The notes under the pieces were generated by a model. It searched no databases. It worked only from the letters and a program-made list of their open reading frames with translations, and was not told where the DNA came from. A program made the position numbers and the translations under genes. From the IMG/VR virus record IMGVR_UViG_2909314774_000001: 64,000 bases of DNA; one strand, written 5' to 3'. The DNA comes from a virus. Taxonomy: Duplodnaviria; Heunggongvirae; Uroviricota; Caudoviricetes. Positions 29,198 to 39,091 of the stretch are shown piece after piece. Within the stretch, counting starts at the first letter, position 1; every line of letters starts with the position of its first letter.

Positions 29198-29761
29198 TTA
29201 TGCGCATTTCGCAATATCTTTGCGGCGTTTAATCAGTTTCTCCGCAATTTGCTCTATTTCGTTGAAATCTTTCGAGACGCTGTTTCGAAGCGCCAGATTC
29301 CATTTACTCAAAGTTCGGGCATTTTGGACAATTTGATCGCCCTCTTTAAGTCGTCCGTTATTCATGAGCCATTCAGCCACATCAGCCCAATCCCAGAGAG
29401 GAGACTGGCCTTTTATGCGTTGTACAGGGCAAGGGAAGTCGCCGCTTCCGCGCTTACCGTCTTTGAGCAACGCCACTGCCTGGCGAGACAGGTCTGTCAG
29501 TTCCGCGATATCGCTTAAGCCCACAAGAGCCGAGTCGACGGATTCAACAATTGCACCGATACCGGCTGATTCAATATTGTCGACCGCAGATGCGATAGCT
29601 GCATCAAGTGATTGTGCTTCGCGGTCAAATTCTACATAGACGGAGTTTCCATATGCGCAAATTAGCGCATCGTCACAGCCGTTTTGGTACAGCGCGTCTT
29701 CCAGTCCTTCCGTCTCATACGATACGCCTGAGAGCGTCAGAGTGAAGTTATAAAGCGCCAT
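29198..29761 (-). CDS. Hypothetical protein with HTH-like C-terminal segment
   Basis: Start set at MALYNF; C-terminal ...SDIAELTDLSRQAVALL... is HTH-like. Confidence 0.4.
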   Translation of the reverse strand: MALYNFTLTLSGVSYETEGLEDALYQNGCDDALICAYGNSVYVEFDREAQSLDAAIASAVDNIESAGIGAIVESVDSALVGLSDIAELTDLSRQAVALLKDGKRGSGDFPCPVQRIKGQSPLWDWADVAEWLMNNGRLKEGDQIVQNARTLSKWNLALRNSVSKDFNEIEQIAEKLIKRRKDIAKCA

Positions 29762-29821
29762 AGTTTTCCTTTGAAGATAGTTGGACAGTTTCTGCAAAAG
29801 GCGGCTAATGCCGCCTTGAAA

Positions 29822-30046
29822 TCATTTACAACGATCAACCATTCGTTTGATCTGTTTGGCATGGTTTTCGGGATTACCCGGAGTCGACCATACGCTCATT
29901 TGGTGAGTTTTGTGTTCACCTTCTGGATTACCGCATCGCAGTCTGCAAAAACAATGTGCAGCACCACCAGCTGCTACCCAGATCCAGCCTTTACTTAATG
30001 CATAGTCAATGGCTGCTTGAATATGCTTATTCGGATGTTGCTTCAT
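29822..30046 (-). CDS. Hypothetical small protein
   Basis: 74-codon ORF immediately upstream, on the same strand, of 29198-29761. Confidence 0.35.
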   Translation of the reverse strand: MKQHPNKHIQAAIDYALSKGWIWVAAGGAAHCFCRLRCGNPEGEHKTHQMSVWSTPGNPENHAKQIKRMVDRCK

Positions 30047-30300
30047 TCGCCTCCGATAATAGTATTCTATTCACAGTGTTGACATCTGTCAACGGCGACT
30101 GAATTTCATCCGTTCATGCCACACCCCCATCCATCTCATGTATGTGACCTAAAGATGGTCAGCACAGCTTACCAAAATAAGACAACTAATTATCTTCGGT
30201 GATCTCAATATTTTCCCCTGAACAAAGTTGACATGACGCCATAAACCCGTTCTCTGTTTGATATAATTGATACAGATTTTATAAGTAGGAACCTATTAGA

Positions 30301-30732
30301 GTGAACACTGATATTTTTTCTAAAATCATGGCCGATCTGGAGTTCGACCGCGACAACCTTGAGGAAGTATGGCGTAAACAGCCACGGCTTTTAATGGAGT
30401 ATGGGTCAAAACTAGCGCAGGCAGATCGAGATGTCGCAGAGGCAAAACTTAACCTTGAAGCTGTTGAAGCAAAGCTATACGACACAGAGCGTAAGAACTT
30501 GAGTATGAACGGCATTAAGTTCAACGAGTCTGTACTGGACGCTAAGGTTAAAACAAACCCACAGTATCTGTCTAAACGGCAGAAGTTGGATGAAGCACGG
30601 CACATCGCAGACATATACAAACATGCTGTCGCCGCCTTTTCGCATCGCCGAGACATGATCGTTCAGGCGTCAAAGATGGCCATCGTTGAATTAGAGCGAT
30701 TAGGCTCTGAACGCTTTATTACTCCCCGTTGA
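30301..30732 (+). CDS. Hypothetical protein
   Basis: 143-codon ORF (GTG start) upstream of the SSB-like gene. Confidence 0.4.
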   Translation: MNTDIFSKIMADLEFDRDNLEEVWRKQPRLLMEYGSKLAQADRDVAEAKLNLEAVEAKLYDTERKNLSMNGIKFNESVLDAKVKTNPQYLSKRQKLDEARHIADIYKHAVAAFSHRRDMIVQASKMAIVELERLGSERFITPR

Positions 30733-30849
30733 TTTTTGATAGATAATAAGTAAGTACTGATCTATCATTTAACAGCTCGAAAGAGCCACGAATGAACGAA
30801 AGCCCAACGCGCATAGCGCCATCGGCCAAATCACAACAAGGAGAAACAC

Positions 30850-31878
30850 ATGTCTAAGACATTACTTGATTTGCTTAACAAAACTCGTGAAGACATTGCC
30901 GCCAAACGTGGCAACAACGTTGATCTGACTCGCTTAAAAGACGGCGTCAACTATATCCGCATCTTCCCGAATAAAGACGACCCAAACGGTAAGTTCTTCC
31001 AGACTTTCGGTATGCACTACGTTAAGTATCAGAACGAGGAAGGTAAAGAAGCAACCAACGCTTATATTTGTGAGCAACATACTCACGGTCGCGCTTGTCA
31101 GCTATGCGAAATGGTTATGGAAGGTCGCGCTCGTCACAAGGGTAACAAAGCAATGGAAGAACGCATCGGTCAAATGCGTGCCACTCCTCGCTACCTGGTC
31201 AACGGCATTCTTTCTGCTCGTGAGGATTTCGCAGATGCTGAGAAATGCCAGTTAATCGAGCTGCCGTCTACTGTATTCGATGATATCTGCAAAGCAATCA
31301 CCGAAGACATCGCTGATGATATCGGCAATCCACTGAGCAAAGAGGAAGGCTACGCATTCCTGATTAAACGTACTGGCTCTGGTCGCGATACCAAATATGA
31401 CGTCTCGCCTAAGCGTAAAGTCTACAAAGGCGATATCGAAGATAAATTCTGGAACACCCAGCATGATCTGATCGCATACGCAAATCAGGCTGATGAAACT
31501 CGTCTTCTGTCGACAGTTCGCACTATGGGTCGTCTGATTGGCATCGCTGCACCAACTGCCGCAGCATCTGCACCAGCAATTTCCTCAACCGCGAAAACAT
31601 CGGCTGCGGCACTACCTGGATTTGGCTCTGTCACTGGTCATACGGAGGGTGCGACTGCTGTAGCAACCGCTCACACCCCAGCTTCTGAACCAACCAGTCT
31701 GGTTGATGAAGAAATCCTCCGTGCCGTTGAAACTGAATTTAAACCAGAAGCAAGTTCCGCTGCCGTTGCCGTATCAGTCAAAGAGTCTGAAGCAGTCGCA
31801 GCGACATCTGTAGCAGCCGCATCTGCGACGGAAGACGAAGGTCTGGATGACCTACTGAGAGAGCTGGACTCTCTGTAA
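30850..31878 (+). CDS. Putative single-stranded DNA-binding protein
   Basis: Cys/His cluster (C..H...C..C), Ala/Ser/Thr-rich linker and acidic C-terminal tail DEGLDDLLRELDSL typical of SSBs; sits with FEN and RecA. Confidence 0.5.
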   Translation: MSKTLLDLLNKTREDIAAKRGNNVDLTRLKDGVNYIRIFPNKDDPNGKFFQTFGMHYVKYQNEEGKEATNAYICEQHTHGRACQLCEMVMEGRARHKGNKAMEERIGQMRATPRYLVNGILSAREDFADAEKCQLIELPSTVFDDICKAITEDIADDIGNPLSKEEGYAFLIKRTGSGRDTKYDVSPKRKVYKGDIEDKFWNTQHDLIAYANQADETRLLSTVRTMGRLIGIAAPTAAASAPAISSTAKTSAAALPGFGSVTGHTEGATAVATAHTPASEPTSLVDEEILRAVETEFKPEASSAAVAVSVKESEAVAATSVAAASATEDEGLDDLLRELDSL

Positions 31879-31893
31879 TCCCATTACGTGACC

Positions 31894-31923
31894 AGTAAGG
31901 CGTCTACGGACGCCTTACTTTTT
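31894..31923 (+). terminator. Intrinsic terminator
   Basis: AGTAAGGCGTC-TACG-GACGCCTTACT followed by TTTTT; lies inside the ORF-track extension of the next gene. Confidence 0.6.
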
Positions 31924-31938
31924 GGAAGGAATGTACCG

Positions 31939-32883
31939 GTGAATTATCTCTTCGTAGATGGCAATAGCCTGGGTTATTACCACCAACAATCTGACAAATT
32001 GCACAACGGCGAAATGGAAGTACAGGCTGCTTTCGGCTTTGTTAAGAACGTCCGTCGTTATGCCTCCATCCTCCATGCCCGACCTATGATTCTTTGGGAT
32101 GGATTTAGTGACAAGCGTCGCGACTTTTACCCGGACTACAAAGCAAATCGCGACGACGATCCTGATATGAAAAAGATGAAGGAAGGCTTTGCTATCCAGA
32201 AGCCATACATCCTCAAAATGATGACCGCGCTTGGAGTTACCCAACTCATTGCAAAAGATGCAGAAGCGGATGATCTGGCCGGGCTGCTGGTATCCCGCAT
32301 GGCACCGCAGCCAACCGTTGAACACATCTATCTGTTAACAGGCGATAGCGACTGGCTTCAGTTAGTTCGTGAAAACGTAAGCTGGGTAAGCCTGCGTGAA
32401 GACGCCAAAAACAAGCAGGTTAATTTTGAGCAATTTGCGGAGCTGACAGGATTCGCCACGCCTCGCGCATTTTTGGAAGCAAAAGCATTACAAGGCGATA
32501 ACTCGGACAACATTAGCGGTGTTGGTGGCATTGGTGCTGGCGGTGCGAAAGAGCTGCTGCATGAATGGGGAAGTGTCGCAACGATGGTACGCGGCATCAA
32601 CGACGGCTCAATCGTGGTTAATAAAGGGCGTCATAAGACCGCCTTCAACAAACTAGCGAAGAATGCCTTCAACGAGAAAACAGGCTGTCGAATGCTCGAA
32701 GCGTTCAAGAGAAACATCACGCTAATGAACCTGATTGAGACGAAGTTTCCGCCTACCGAAATCGAAACAATCAAAGGCAATCGTGACGTGAAAGCATTCG
32801 AGCAACTGTGCTACGAGCTGAATTTCCGTTCGTTCCTTGAAGACCTTGAAGTGTTTGTTCTTCCATTCGAAAGGTATTGCTAA
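31939..32883 (+). CDS. 5'-3' exonuclease / flap endonuclease (FEN)
   Basis: N-terminal nuclease motifs (LFVDGNSLGYY, ILWDGFSDKRRDFYP, LLTGDSDWLQL) and helix-3-turn-helix (GDNSDNISGVGGIG); start moved to GTG 31939 to exclude the terminator hairpin. Confidence 0.8.
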   Translation: MNYLFVDGNSLGYYHQQSDKLHNGEMEVQAAFGFVKNVRRYASILHARPMILWDGFSDKRRDFYPDYKANRDDDPDMKKMKEGFAIQKPYILKMMTALGVTQLIAKDAEADDLAGLLVSRMAPQPTVEHIYLLTGDSDWLQLVRENVSWVSLREDAKNKQVNFEQFAELTGFATPRAFLEAKALQGDNSDNISGVGGIGAGGAKELLHEWGSVATMVRGINDGSIVVNKGRHKTAFNKLAKNAFNEKTGCRMLEAFKRNITLMNLIETKFPPTEIETIKGNRDVKAFEQLCYELNFRSFLEDLEVFVLPFERYC

Positions 32884-33149
32884 TGCTTAAATCGATTATC
32901 AATGGCGCTACAACCACCCCTGCCCAACTGGCAAAAGAGATTGTCTTTTATCACGGTGAGTACGCTGTCATCGCACTGCCGTCAATTCTAGGCGCTGCCG
33001 GAATGAAAGCGACAGATCGCGAGTTTGGATTAGTCAGCGAGCAGGTCGTAAAAATCCTCGCTCGTGTATCCAGACTCCTTAACCACGATGCGATTGTATT
33101 CGATGAATCCGCCGCTTTAAAACGAATCAACGAAACAAAAGGAGCCTGA
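32877..33149 (+). CDS. Hypothetical protein
   Basis: 90-codon ORF between the FEN and RecA genes. Confidence 0.4.
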   Translation: MLMLKSIINGATTTPAQLAKEIVFYHGEYAVIALPSILGAAGMKATDREFGLVSEQVVKILARVSRLLNHDAIVFDESAALKRINETKGA

Positions 33150-33151
33150 TC

Positions 33152-34225
33152 ATGGCAAAAGGAAAATCCGCACTGGCACTTGCTCTGAAAAAGAAAATCG
33201 GTAGCAACGACGAAATTCAGAAAGTAACTCATTGGATTGATACAGGCTTTCCACCGTTAAACAAAGCTATTTCTGGTCGTTACGATGGCGGCTTCCCATG
33301 TGGTCGTATCGTCGAAGTATTCGGTCCTCCAAGTGCAGGGAAAACGTTCCTTGCAACAGCAGCGATGATCTCCGCTCAAAAACAAGATGGTCTGGCGGTA
33401 TTCCTCGATCATGAAAACAGTTTTGACGTTGGCCTGGCTGTAGCCAATGGCCTGAACGCAGATGAGGATGACGGTCAGTGGGTATACAAGCAGCCAGATA
33501 CCTTCGAAGACTCTGTAGAGTTGATCGGCACAATACTTAAATTGGTTCGTGATGAAGAGCTTATCCCCGAATCAGCACCTATCTGTATCGTGGCTGACTC
33601 TCTTGCGTCTATGGTTCCGAACTCCAAAGCCGAGAAGTTCGAAAAGATGGCTGAAGGCACTGCCAAAGACAAAGATCAGCTAAACATGAACGACAATACG
33701 GCACTGGCTCGTGCGACGAGTGCGAACTTCCCTACTCTGGCTTTGTGGGCACGCAAATACAACGCCTGCATCATCTTCTTGAATCAGGTTCGCACAAAAA
33801 TCGGTGTAATGTTTGGCGACCCTACTACGTCGCCAGGTGGAGATTCACCGAAGTTCTACGCTTCTGTACGTATCCGTCTTGGTGCATCGGTGATGAAGGA
33901 TGGTAAAGAGAAGATCGGCCAGGACGTAGGCGCAGAATGCATCAAAAACAAAGTTGCACCACCGTATGGCAAATGCACCTGGAAATTCTACTTCGATCCT
34001 ACTCGTGGCCTCGACGTTATCGAATCGCTCGTCGAGTACATGCTGGAAGAAGGATACCTGCCAAAGAACGCCAGCGGGCGAGTTGAAATTGGTGACAAGA
34101 AATACACCAAATCGCAGATCGTTGAGATGTATCGGGAGAAGCCACTGGCTGAAATCATTGCGGCTTTGCAGGCAATCGACGACCGAAGAGCAAAAGACAA
34201 CCCCACCGAGTCAGTAGAAGAGTAA
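33152..34225 (+). CDS. RecA-family recombinase
   Basis: Walker A GPPSAGKT and RecA-like core. Confidence 0.8.
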   Translation: MAKGKSALALALKKKIGSNDEIQKVTHWIDTGFPPLNKAISGRYDGGFPCGRIVEVFGPPSAGKTFLATAAMISAQKQDGLAVFLDHENSFDVGLAVANGLNADEDDGQWVYKQPDTFEDSVELIGTILKLVRDEELIPESAPICIVADSLASMVPNSKAEKFEKMAEGTAKDKDQLNMNDNTALARATSANFPTLALWARKYNACIIFLNQVRTKIGVMFGDPTTSPGGDSPKFYASVRIRLGASVMKDGKEKIGQDVGAECIKNKVAPPYGKCTWKFYFDPTRGLDVIESLVEYMLEEGYLPKNASGRVEIGDKKYTKSQIVEMYREKPLAEIIAALQAIDDRRAKDNPTESVEE

Positions 34226-34227
34226 AC

Positions 34228-34256
34228 ACAAGGCGTCCACAGGACGCCTTGTTTAT
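34228..34256 (+). terminator. Intrinsic terminator
   Basis: AAGGCGTCC-ACAG-GGACGCCTT followed by a T-rich tract. Confidence 0.6.
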
Positions 34257-34317
34257 CTCTTGAAAATATATAAGTACTTACTTATTATTTTCGCATAACA
34301 ACCACATAGGAAAACAC

Positions 34318-34518
34318 ATGATCAAAATCTATCTATTGGCAGTAGCCACAGGCCTTTCAGTGGCTCTCATCTACGGTTTACTGGTTCCGTCGCTGATTTC
34401 TACCAAGAGTGATTTAGCCGTCATGTTTGGAGTTATCGTTGGTTTTGGTGCTCCTGTAATCGGTCTTATTGCTGGTCGTAAGTTTATCAACTCATTAATC
34501 AAAGCAAAGGGGAAATAA
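34318..34518 (+). CDS. Small two-helix membrane protein
   Basis: 66-codon ORF, almost entirely hydrophobic; 3 nt upstream of the SPFH gene. Confidence 0.5.
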   Translation: MIKIYLLAVATGLSVALIYGLLVPSLISTKSDLAVMFGVIVGFGAPVIGLIAGRKFINSLIKAKGK

Positions 34519-34521
34519 GTA

Positions 34522-35352
34522 ATGAAGAAAGGTTTACTTGCAGTTGCTCTGGCGGCTATTTGCACAATGGGTCTTACTGGCTGCGATCGCGTGGAGCCTG
34601 GATACGTTGGCATCAAAGTAAACAAATTAGGTGAAGACAAAGGGATTGGTGAAGTGGTTGGCGTTGGTCGCCAATGGACAGGTCTTAACACCGAACTTTA
34701 CGTATTCCCGACCTTCAAACAAATGAAGACCTACGACGAGCCGTTCACATTCCAGATGAGTGACGGTACTGCTATTGGTCACAAAATTGGCGTTGCGTAT
34801 CTGGTTAATCGTGACAAGGTAACGACGGTGTTCCAGACCTATCGCAAAGGCGTAGACGATATCACCGAATCAGATCTGCGTCAGAAAATTGCCGACTCTC
34901 TAAACCGTTTGGCCAGCCGTATGACCACTGACTCATTTATCGACGGTGGTAAGGCACAATTGCTGGACAACGCACTGAAAGATATTCAGAAAGAGATGTC
35001 TCCGGTTGGTATTGAGGTACTGAGCCTGTCATGGGTTGGAAAGCCTGATTACCCAAAAACTGTCATTGAATCTATTAACGCCAAAGTAACGGCTAACCAG
35101 CGTACTCTGCAACGTCAGCAGGAAGTTGAACAACGTAAAGCTGAGGCGAATATGCTACGTGAACAGGCTAATGGTGAAGCTGATGCTATCCGTGCTCGTG
35201 CGCAAGCAGAAGCAGACGCCATTCGTCTACGCGGTGAAGCTCTGCGTCAAAACCCGAACGTTATGGAACTGGAAGCCATCAATAAATGGAATGGCCAGTT
35301 ACCGCAGTACATGACTCAAGGGGCTAACACTCCTTTCATTACAGTGAAATAA
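34522..35352 (+). CDS. SPFH/Band-7 domain lipoprotein
   Basis: Lipoprotein signal peptide with lipobox LTGC; SPFH-like core and Ala/Glu/Arg/Gln-rich C-terminal coiled coil. Confidence 0.6.
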   Translation: MKKGLLAVALAAICTMGLTGCDRVEPGYVGIKVNKLGEDKGIGEVVGVGRQWTGLNTELYVFPTFKQMKTYDEPFTFQMSDGTAIGHKIGVAYLVNRDKVTTVFQTYRKGVDDITESDLRQKIADSLNRLASRMTTDSFIDGGKAQLLDNALKDIQKEMSPVGIEVLSLSWVGKPDYPKTVIESINAKVTANQRTLQRQQEVEQRKAEANMLREQANGEADAIRARAQAEADAIRLRGEALRQNPNVMELEAINKWNGQLPQYMTQGANTPFITVK

Positions 35353-35368
35353 CTCCCCTAAAAAGTTC

Positions 35369-35394
35369 AGGCGTCCAGTTGGACGCCTTTTTTA
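35369..35394 (+). terminator. Intrinsic terminator
   Basis: AGGCGTCC-AGTT-GGACGCCT followed by TTTTTT. Confidence 0.7.
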
Positions 35395-35443
35395 TCGCAA
35401 TTATCTTATTAAGAAAACAATTTGTTTAAAAGGATAAGAAAAC

Positions 35444-35869
35444 ATGACAACTATTAAGAAACTCTACGATGCCGCAAACGTGGCTCTGGATGTTATTGAT
35501 GATGAAGTAGCAAAAGGCTTTCCTGAACCTGATTGGGCGCATCAGCTACGAAACGCTATCGCAGAAATGACCCCACCAGATCCAACCCCCGACGAGACAG
35601 ACTGGCAGCGATTCATCCGTATGTACGCTCAGGAAATAGGTCCAACGCCAACGGCAGAGCAGGCAATGCTGCTGAAATACTTCAAAGAGGCGGGAGAGGA
35701 TTTACCAATTGATGACTCAGCATATTGGTTCCACTGCGCATGGCGTAAGTATGACGTGATATTCACACAAGGCATGGGAAGCAAAGATATGGTTGTGTGG
35801 CATCTACTCCATATAGACACAGCCGTTGACAGAGTTATTGAACAGTTTTTCCCTAAACAAGAAGATTGA
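35444..35869 (+). CDS. Hypothetical protein
   Basis: 141-codon ORF preceded by the GAAAACAATTTGTTTAA palindrome. Confidence 0.5.
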   Translation: MTTIKKLYDAANVALDVIDDEVAKGFPEPDWAHQLRNAIAEMTPPDPTPDETDWQRFIRMYAQEIGPTPTAEQAMLLKYFKEAGEDLPIDDSAYWFHCAWRKYDVIFTQGMGSKDMVVWHLLHIDTAVDRVIEQFFPKQED

Positions 35870-35924
35870 TCGCCTATTCATAACTAACAAAATAAGTAAA
35901 CACTAACCACAAAAGGAAAAACAC

Positions 35925-36200
35925 ATGAGAGTTTTAGTTCGAATCGTTACCAGCACTGTCTATGACGTGTTTCCGCTTTTTATGGTCAAAGCCGATGGCC
36001 TTAACGACGAAGAAACTGACGCGCTGATCCAGCGTATTCTCGTTGAATATACAGGTCATGACGCTGATTCAGTGATGGTTGATGATGATGGTGTTTGTTG
36101 GCATAACGGCAACTGTTGGTACGTAGAAGAGACTCAACAAATCAGTGATGAAGATGCCGAACATCTTGAGCGTATTTTAAGCATCAGCACTTTTGAGTGA
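35925..36200 (+). CDS. Hypothetical protein
   Basis: 91-codon ORF with conserved AAAGGAAAAACACATG start context. Confidence 0.45.
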   Translation: MRVLVRIVTSTVYDVFPLFMVKADGLNDEETDALIQRILVEYTGHDADSVMVDDDGVCWHNGNCWYVEETQQISDEDAEHLERILSISTFE

Positions 36201-36415
36201 GTTTACAGTAAAATTTATATAAGTTAGTATCTACCTATCATGAAGATTTTTATTGAATACTTGTTACTCATCGTTTCAATAGCTTTTGTCATCGACTGCA
36301 TTTTCACTGGTGTCATTCGTAAAGTCTTTTCCCCGGTGCACGACGTAGTCATAAACGCTTTGGCTATCGTGCTCGTATTTAATTCAGCATTTGATGTAAT
36401 CAAAGAGGTGGCAGC

Positions 36416-36751
36416 ATGAAGGCCATCCCATTCGCGCTGTTGTTCCTTTCTTCGATCGTTGTGGCCGACACCACTGTTTATCAGTGTGAAATGTCTGTAG
36501 CCGACGTTAAGAATGGCGCTCTTACCGACGTCATAAAAGCACCATATGGAGCGATGGTCGTAGACAGCGGCGACCAGTTCTATGTTGTGCGTGACGATCG
36601 AGTGTTGTCATCCCCATATCTCACAAATCGTAATGGCAAATTAACCGGCGTCGGAGAAGACCACTTCGTATACAACAAATACAAGGGCTTCTATGGCGTT
36701 CACGCTTCTCAGCAAAGCTACCTTTTCGATGACTGCAAGGAGGTTGGATAA
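36416..36751 (+). CDS. Hypothetical secreted protein
   Basis: N-terminal signal peptide MKAIPFALLFLSSIVVA. Confidence 0.45.
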   Translation: MKAIPFALLFLSSIVVADTTVYQCEMSVADVKNGALTDVIKAPYGAMVVDSGDQFYVVRDDRVLSSPYLTNRNGKLTGVGEDHFVYNKYKGFYGVHASQQSYLFDDCKEVG

Positions 36752-36963
36752 TGGCATTAACACTGGCAGGTCTGGAAATCGAGAAAACAAGCGGCTACTG
36801 GCGTGCTAAGGGTTTCAAGCAGCCTGGCATTCTTGAGCGTCTGGAACGTGAAGATGGGTATATCGTCCACCAGCGGCGTGAATGGCGTATGTACGATCCA
36901 GAAACAGGAAAACTGACTACAAAAGCCGGAACACTTTGGGGTCTGTTGAAGAAAATTCACTGA
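36751..36963 (+). CDS. Hypothetical protein
   Basis: 70-codon ORF, start overlaps the previous stop. Confidence 0.35.
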   Translation: MALTLAGLEIEKTSGYWRAKGFKQPGILERLEREDGYIVHQRREWRMYDPETGKLTTKAGTLWGLLKKIH

Positions 36964-36972
36964 TAACACCAA

Positions 36973-37450
36973 CCACTGCGGTGAGTAGTCTGCTCACCGC
37001 ATTCGTATCCAGCTCATTATCCACTGTAGTCAGTAACAAAACCTTCCTACATATCTGCTAACCACTGTAGCGAGTAGACAGCCTTTCATTCGCATCAAAC
37101 AACCACTATGGTGAGTATTGGAGTGAGATGTCCAGCGGGTATCCACTATGGTGAGTAAGCCTTTGCTGTTTTCAGTGGATATCCACTCGCCACAGTGGAT
37201 ACGCTCAAAGATGAGGGCGACAACAACCACTATAGACAGTAAATTTTCCAAGATACCCAGTGACCACTAACCTCGCAGCCCTTGTTTCATCAGTGTTAGT
37301 GATCACTAACATTTAATTCAGTATTTGCATTCTACTGCCTACAGTGGTTATCAACAGATAACGATACTCACTATAGTGGATAGCGAATTACAGATATAAG
37401 TAAGGCTCACTACAGTGGATAGTGAGCCTTACTACTAACTACAGTGGTTG
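36973..37450. repeat. Iteron array downstream of repA (incA-like)
   Basis: At least six direct copies of the 15-mer CCACTRYRGNSAGTA (36973, 37021, 37062, 37103, 37144, 37227) plus inverted copies (37173-37201, 37339, 37375, 37406, 37439) and a perfect 16 bp palindrome GTTAGTGATCACTAAC at 37303. Confidence 0.8.
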
Positions 37451-37452
37451 GG

Positions 37453-38508
37453 CTATTTGCGAGTCTTTGCCTTGCGCAACTCTTCGAGAAGCGCCAGTTC
37501 TTCTTTACTCAACATGACCATTTTGCCTTCTTTTTCGTCAGGCACAACGTCGATAATGTCATCTTGATTCTCATCTGGGAGGCTATATTCCGTCTCATCA
37601 TTATCGATTTTTGTTGATATTTGTGCCTGGCGTAACTTTGGCCGCCTATAGTGGATGACGAAGTAGACCGAGTTTCCGCGCTTAACTTCCGTGTAATCGA
37701 GATATCCTATCTCTCGCAGCTGTTCCATAGCCTTTCTTACCGTCGCATTCTGAGTAATAGTGCGACTTGTCAGATTAAGTCTGGCGCGTAAACGGGCTAG
37801 TGATATTGGTGCCGGATCAGGCGGCAAACTTTCAATAAAAGTATAAAGCGCCTGAGCGGATTCTTTTCTTGAGAGTTCGTTTATAGCCCGGAGTTGCAGA
37901 AGAACCTTTTTGTCGAACTGGTAGAGTTCGAAAATCTTGGGATCTGCTTTCAGTTCGACCGTATCGTGCTTGACACTATATTTTGCCGTTTGCACAAGAT
38001 GCGTTACGTAAAACTCATCAGAGCCTTTGCTACGGAACGAGATGGTATTTGTGGCAATACGGCTTAGCGAACTGTCCAGGCGTTTGCGTAACTTCGCTGA
38101 TGACCTGGCGGTCGGAATGCCACACAGCCTTACAAACTCAACGAACGGCAATGTGACAGTATCGCCAACGACCTTGTGTTTGGCAAACGCGTGGATTATT
38201 CCCACCCACGTTTTAAAGTCGTTATCCATATCAAGCCGAAGGCCAGAGATCCTTATGTCTTCGTACCCTTCGGCTTTTGCCAGAGACAGCTGTTTGAGTT
38301 CAGCAGAGGCATCCATAGAGACCATTTGCCCCTTTCTTCCTCTGGATGTCGATTTCAGCGTCGGAACGAAGAGGCCCAGACGCATCAAAGCAACAGGCTG
38401 AACAGTGTTATTAGTGTTAGGAACCAACGTAACAACTTCGCCTGTCTTTTTATCTGTTTCTGAAAATGCTTCAACGATCGCTATGTTTTTATTGCCGTTT
38501 TCGCTCAT
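37453..38508 (-). CDS. repA: RepA-type plasmid replication initiator (P1 RepA-like)
   Basis: N-terminal ...[16 protein letters not shown]... and ...[25 protein letters not shown]... match my recollection of P1 RepA; flanked by iterons on both sides. Confidence 0.8.
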   Translation of the reverse strand: MSENGNKNIAIVEAFSETDKKTGEVVTLVPNTNNTVQPVALMRLGLFVPTLKSTSRGRKGQMVSMDASAELKQLSLAKAEGYEDIRISGLRLDMDNDFKTWVGIIHAFAKHKVVGDTVTLPFVEFVRLCGIPTARSSAKLRKRLDSSLSRIATNTISFRSKGSDEFYVTHLVQTAKYSVKHDTVELKADPKIFELYQFDKKVLLQLRAINELSRKESAQALYTFIESLPPDPAPISLARLRARLNLTSRTITQNATVRKAMEQLREIGYLDYTEVKRGNSVYFVIHYRRPKLRQAQISTKIDNDETEYSLPDENQDDIIDVVPDEKEGKMVMLSKEELALLEELRKAKTRK

Positions 38509-38551
38509 TCCAAATGTCTCTTGTTATTCGACGGCTTTGGTGGCCTTTGCT

Positions 38552-38671
38552 GATTACAGTGGATAGTAGCACTCATCACAGCGGTTATCCTACCGTCTAT
38601 AGTGGTTTTTCTCCTCTCTATAGTGGTTGCTTTGCTCCCTATAGTGGATTATTCGCTCTCTATAGTGGATA
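38552..38671. repeat. Iteron array upstream of repA (origin-proximal)
   Basis: Five direct copies of CTCTATAGTGG[AT]T-like repeats at ~21 bp spacing (38552, 38597, 38617, 38638, 38659). Confidence 0.8.
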
Positions 38672-38699
38672 TCGATCATGTCTGAAGGCAGATGGCACA

Positions 38700-38838
38700 A
38701 CGGTTTGAGGTTGGCGGGGATCTTATTGGGTCTTTATGGGTCTCTTTGGTTCTCTTTGTGATCTGAATTACTGGATCGGGCCTGTGGATAAAAATCAGAG
38801 GATTTCAAGAACAGGTAACTCTACTCTTCTGTGGATAT
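38700..38838. promoter_or_regulatory. Origin core: AT-rich GATC-containing repeats plus DnaA boxes
   Basis: GGATCTTATT / GGGTCTTTAT / GGGTCTCTTT / GTGATCT repeats (GATC at 38719, 38759, 38774); perfect DnaA box TGTGGATAA (reverse of TTATCCACA) at 38784-38792; near-consensus TGTGGATAT at 38830-38838. Confidence 0.7.
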
Positions 38839-38950
38839 TTAAGGACATAAGAATCATGACTAAGAGTAGAGTTGAGATATATCTATGTATATCAGTATGT
38901 TAATGAAGAATTAAGTCATTAAGTTATCCATAAAAGACAATGTGCTCTAC

Positions 38951-39053
38951 TCTCTACAGTGGATATATACAGCTCTCCAGAGTGGTTGTTTTACTCTTCA
39001 TAGCGGTTATTCAGCTCTCTACAGAGGTTTCTTTGCTCTCCATAGTGGATGGC
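38951..39053. repeat. Second upstream iteron array
   Basis: Five direct copies of CTCTMYAGWGGWT-like repeats at ~21 bp spacing (38951, 38973, 38995, 39015, 39037). Confidence 0.7.
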
Positions 39054-39091
39054 AACACCCTTTCAGACCAGTAACCGCAACGGCTAGAGGC

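Noticed and set aside
29198-30046. HicA/HicB-like toxin-antitoxin pair (74 aa gene upstream of a 187 aa HTH-containing gene on the minus strand).
   Set aside because: Gene order and sizes fit, but I could not match the HicA or HicB signature motifs by eye. Kept as hypothetical proteins.
38552-39053. Possible CRISPR array, from regularly spaced ~21 bp direct repeats.
   Set aside because: The repeats are short and degenerate, the spacers between them are only a few bp and not unique, there are no cas genes, and they flank a RepA initiator with DnaA boxes. These are replication iterons.
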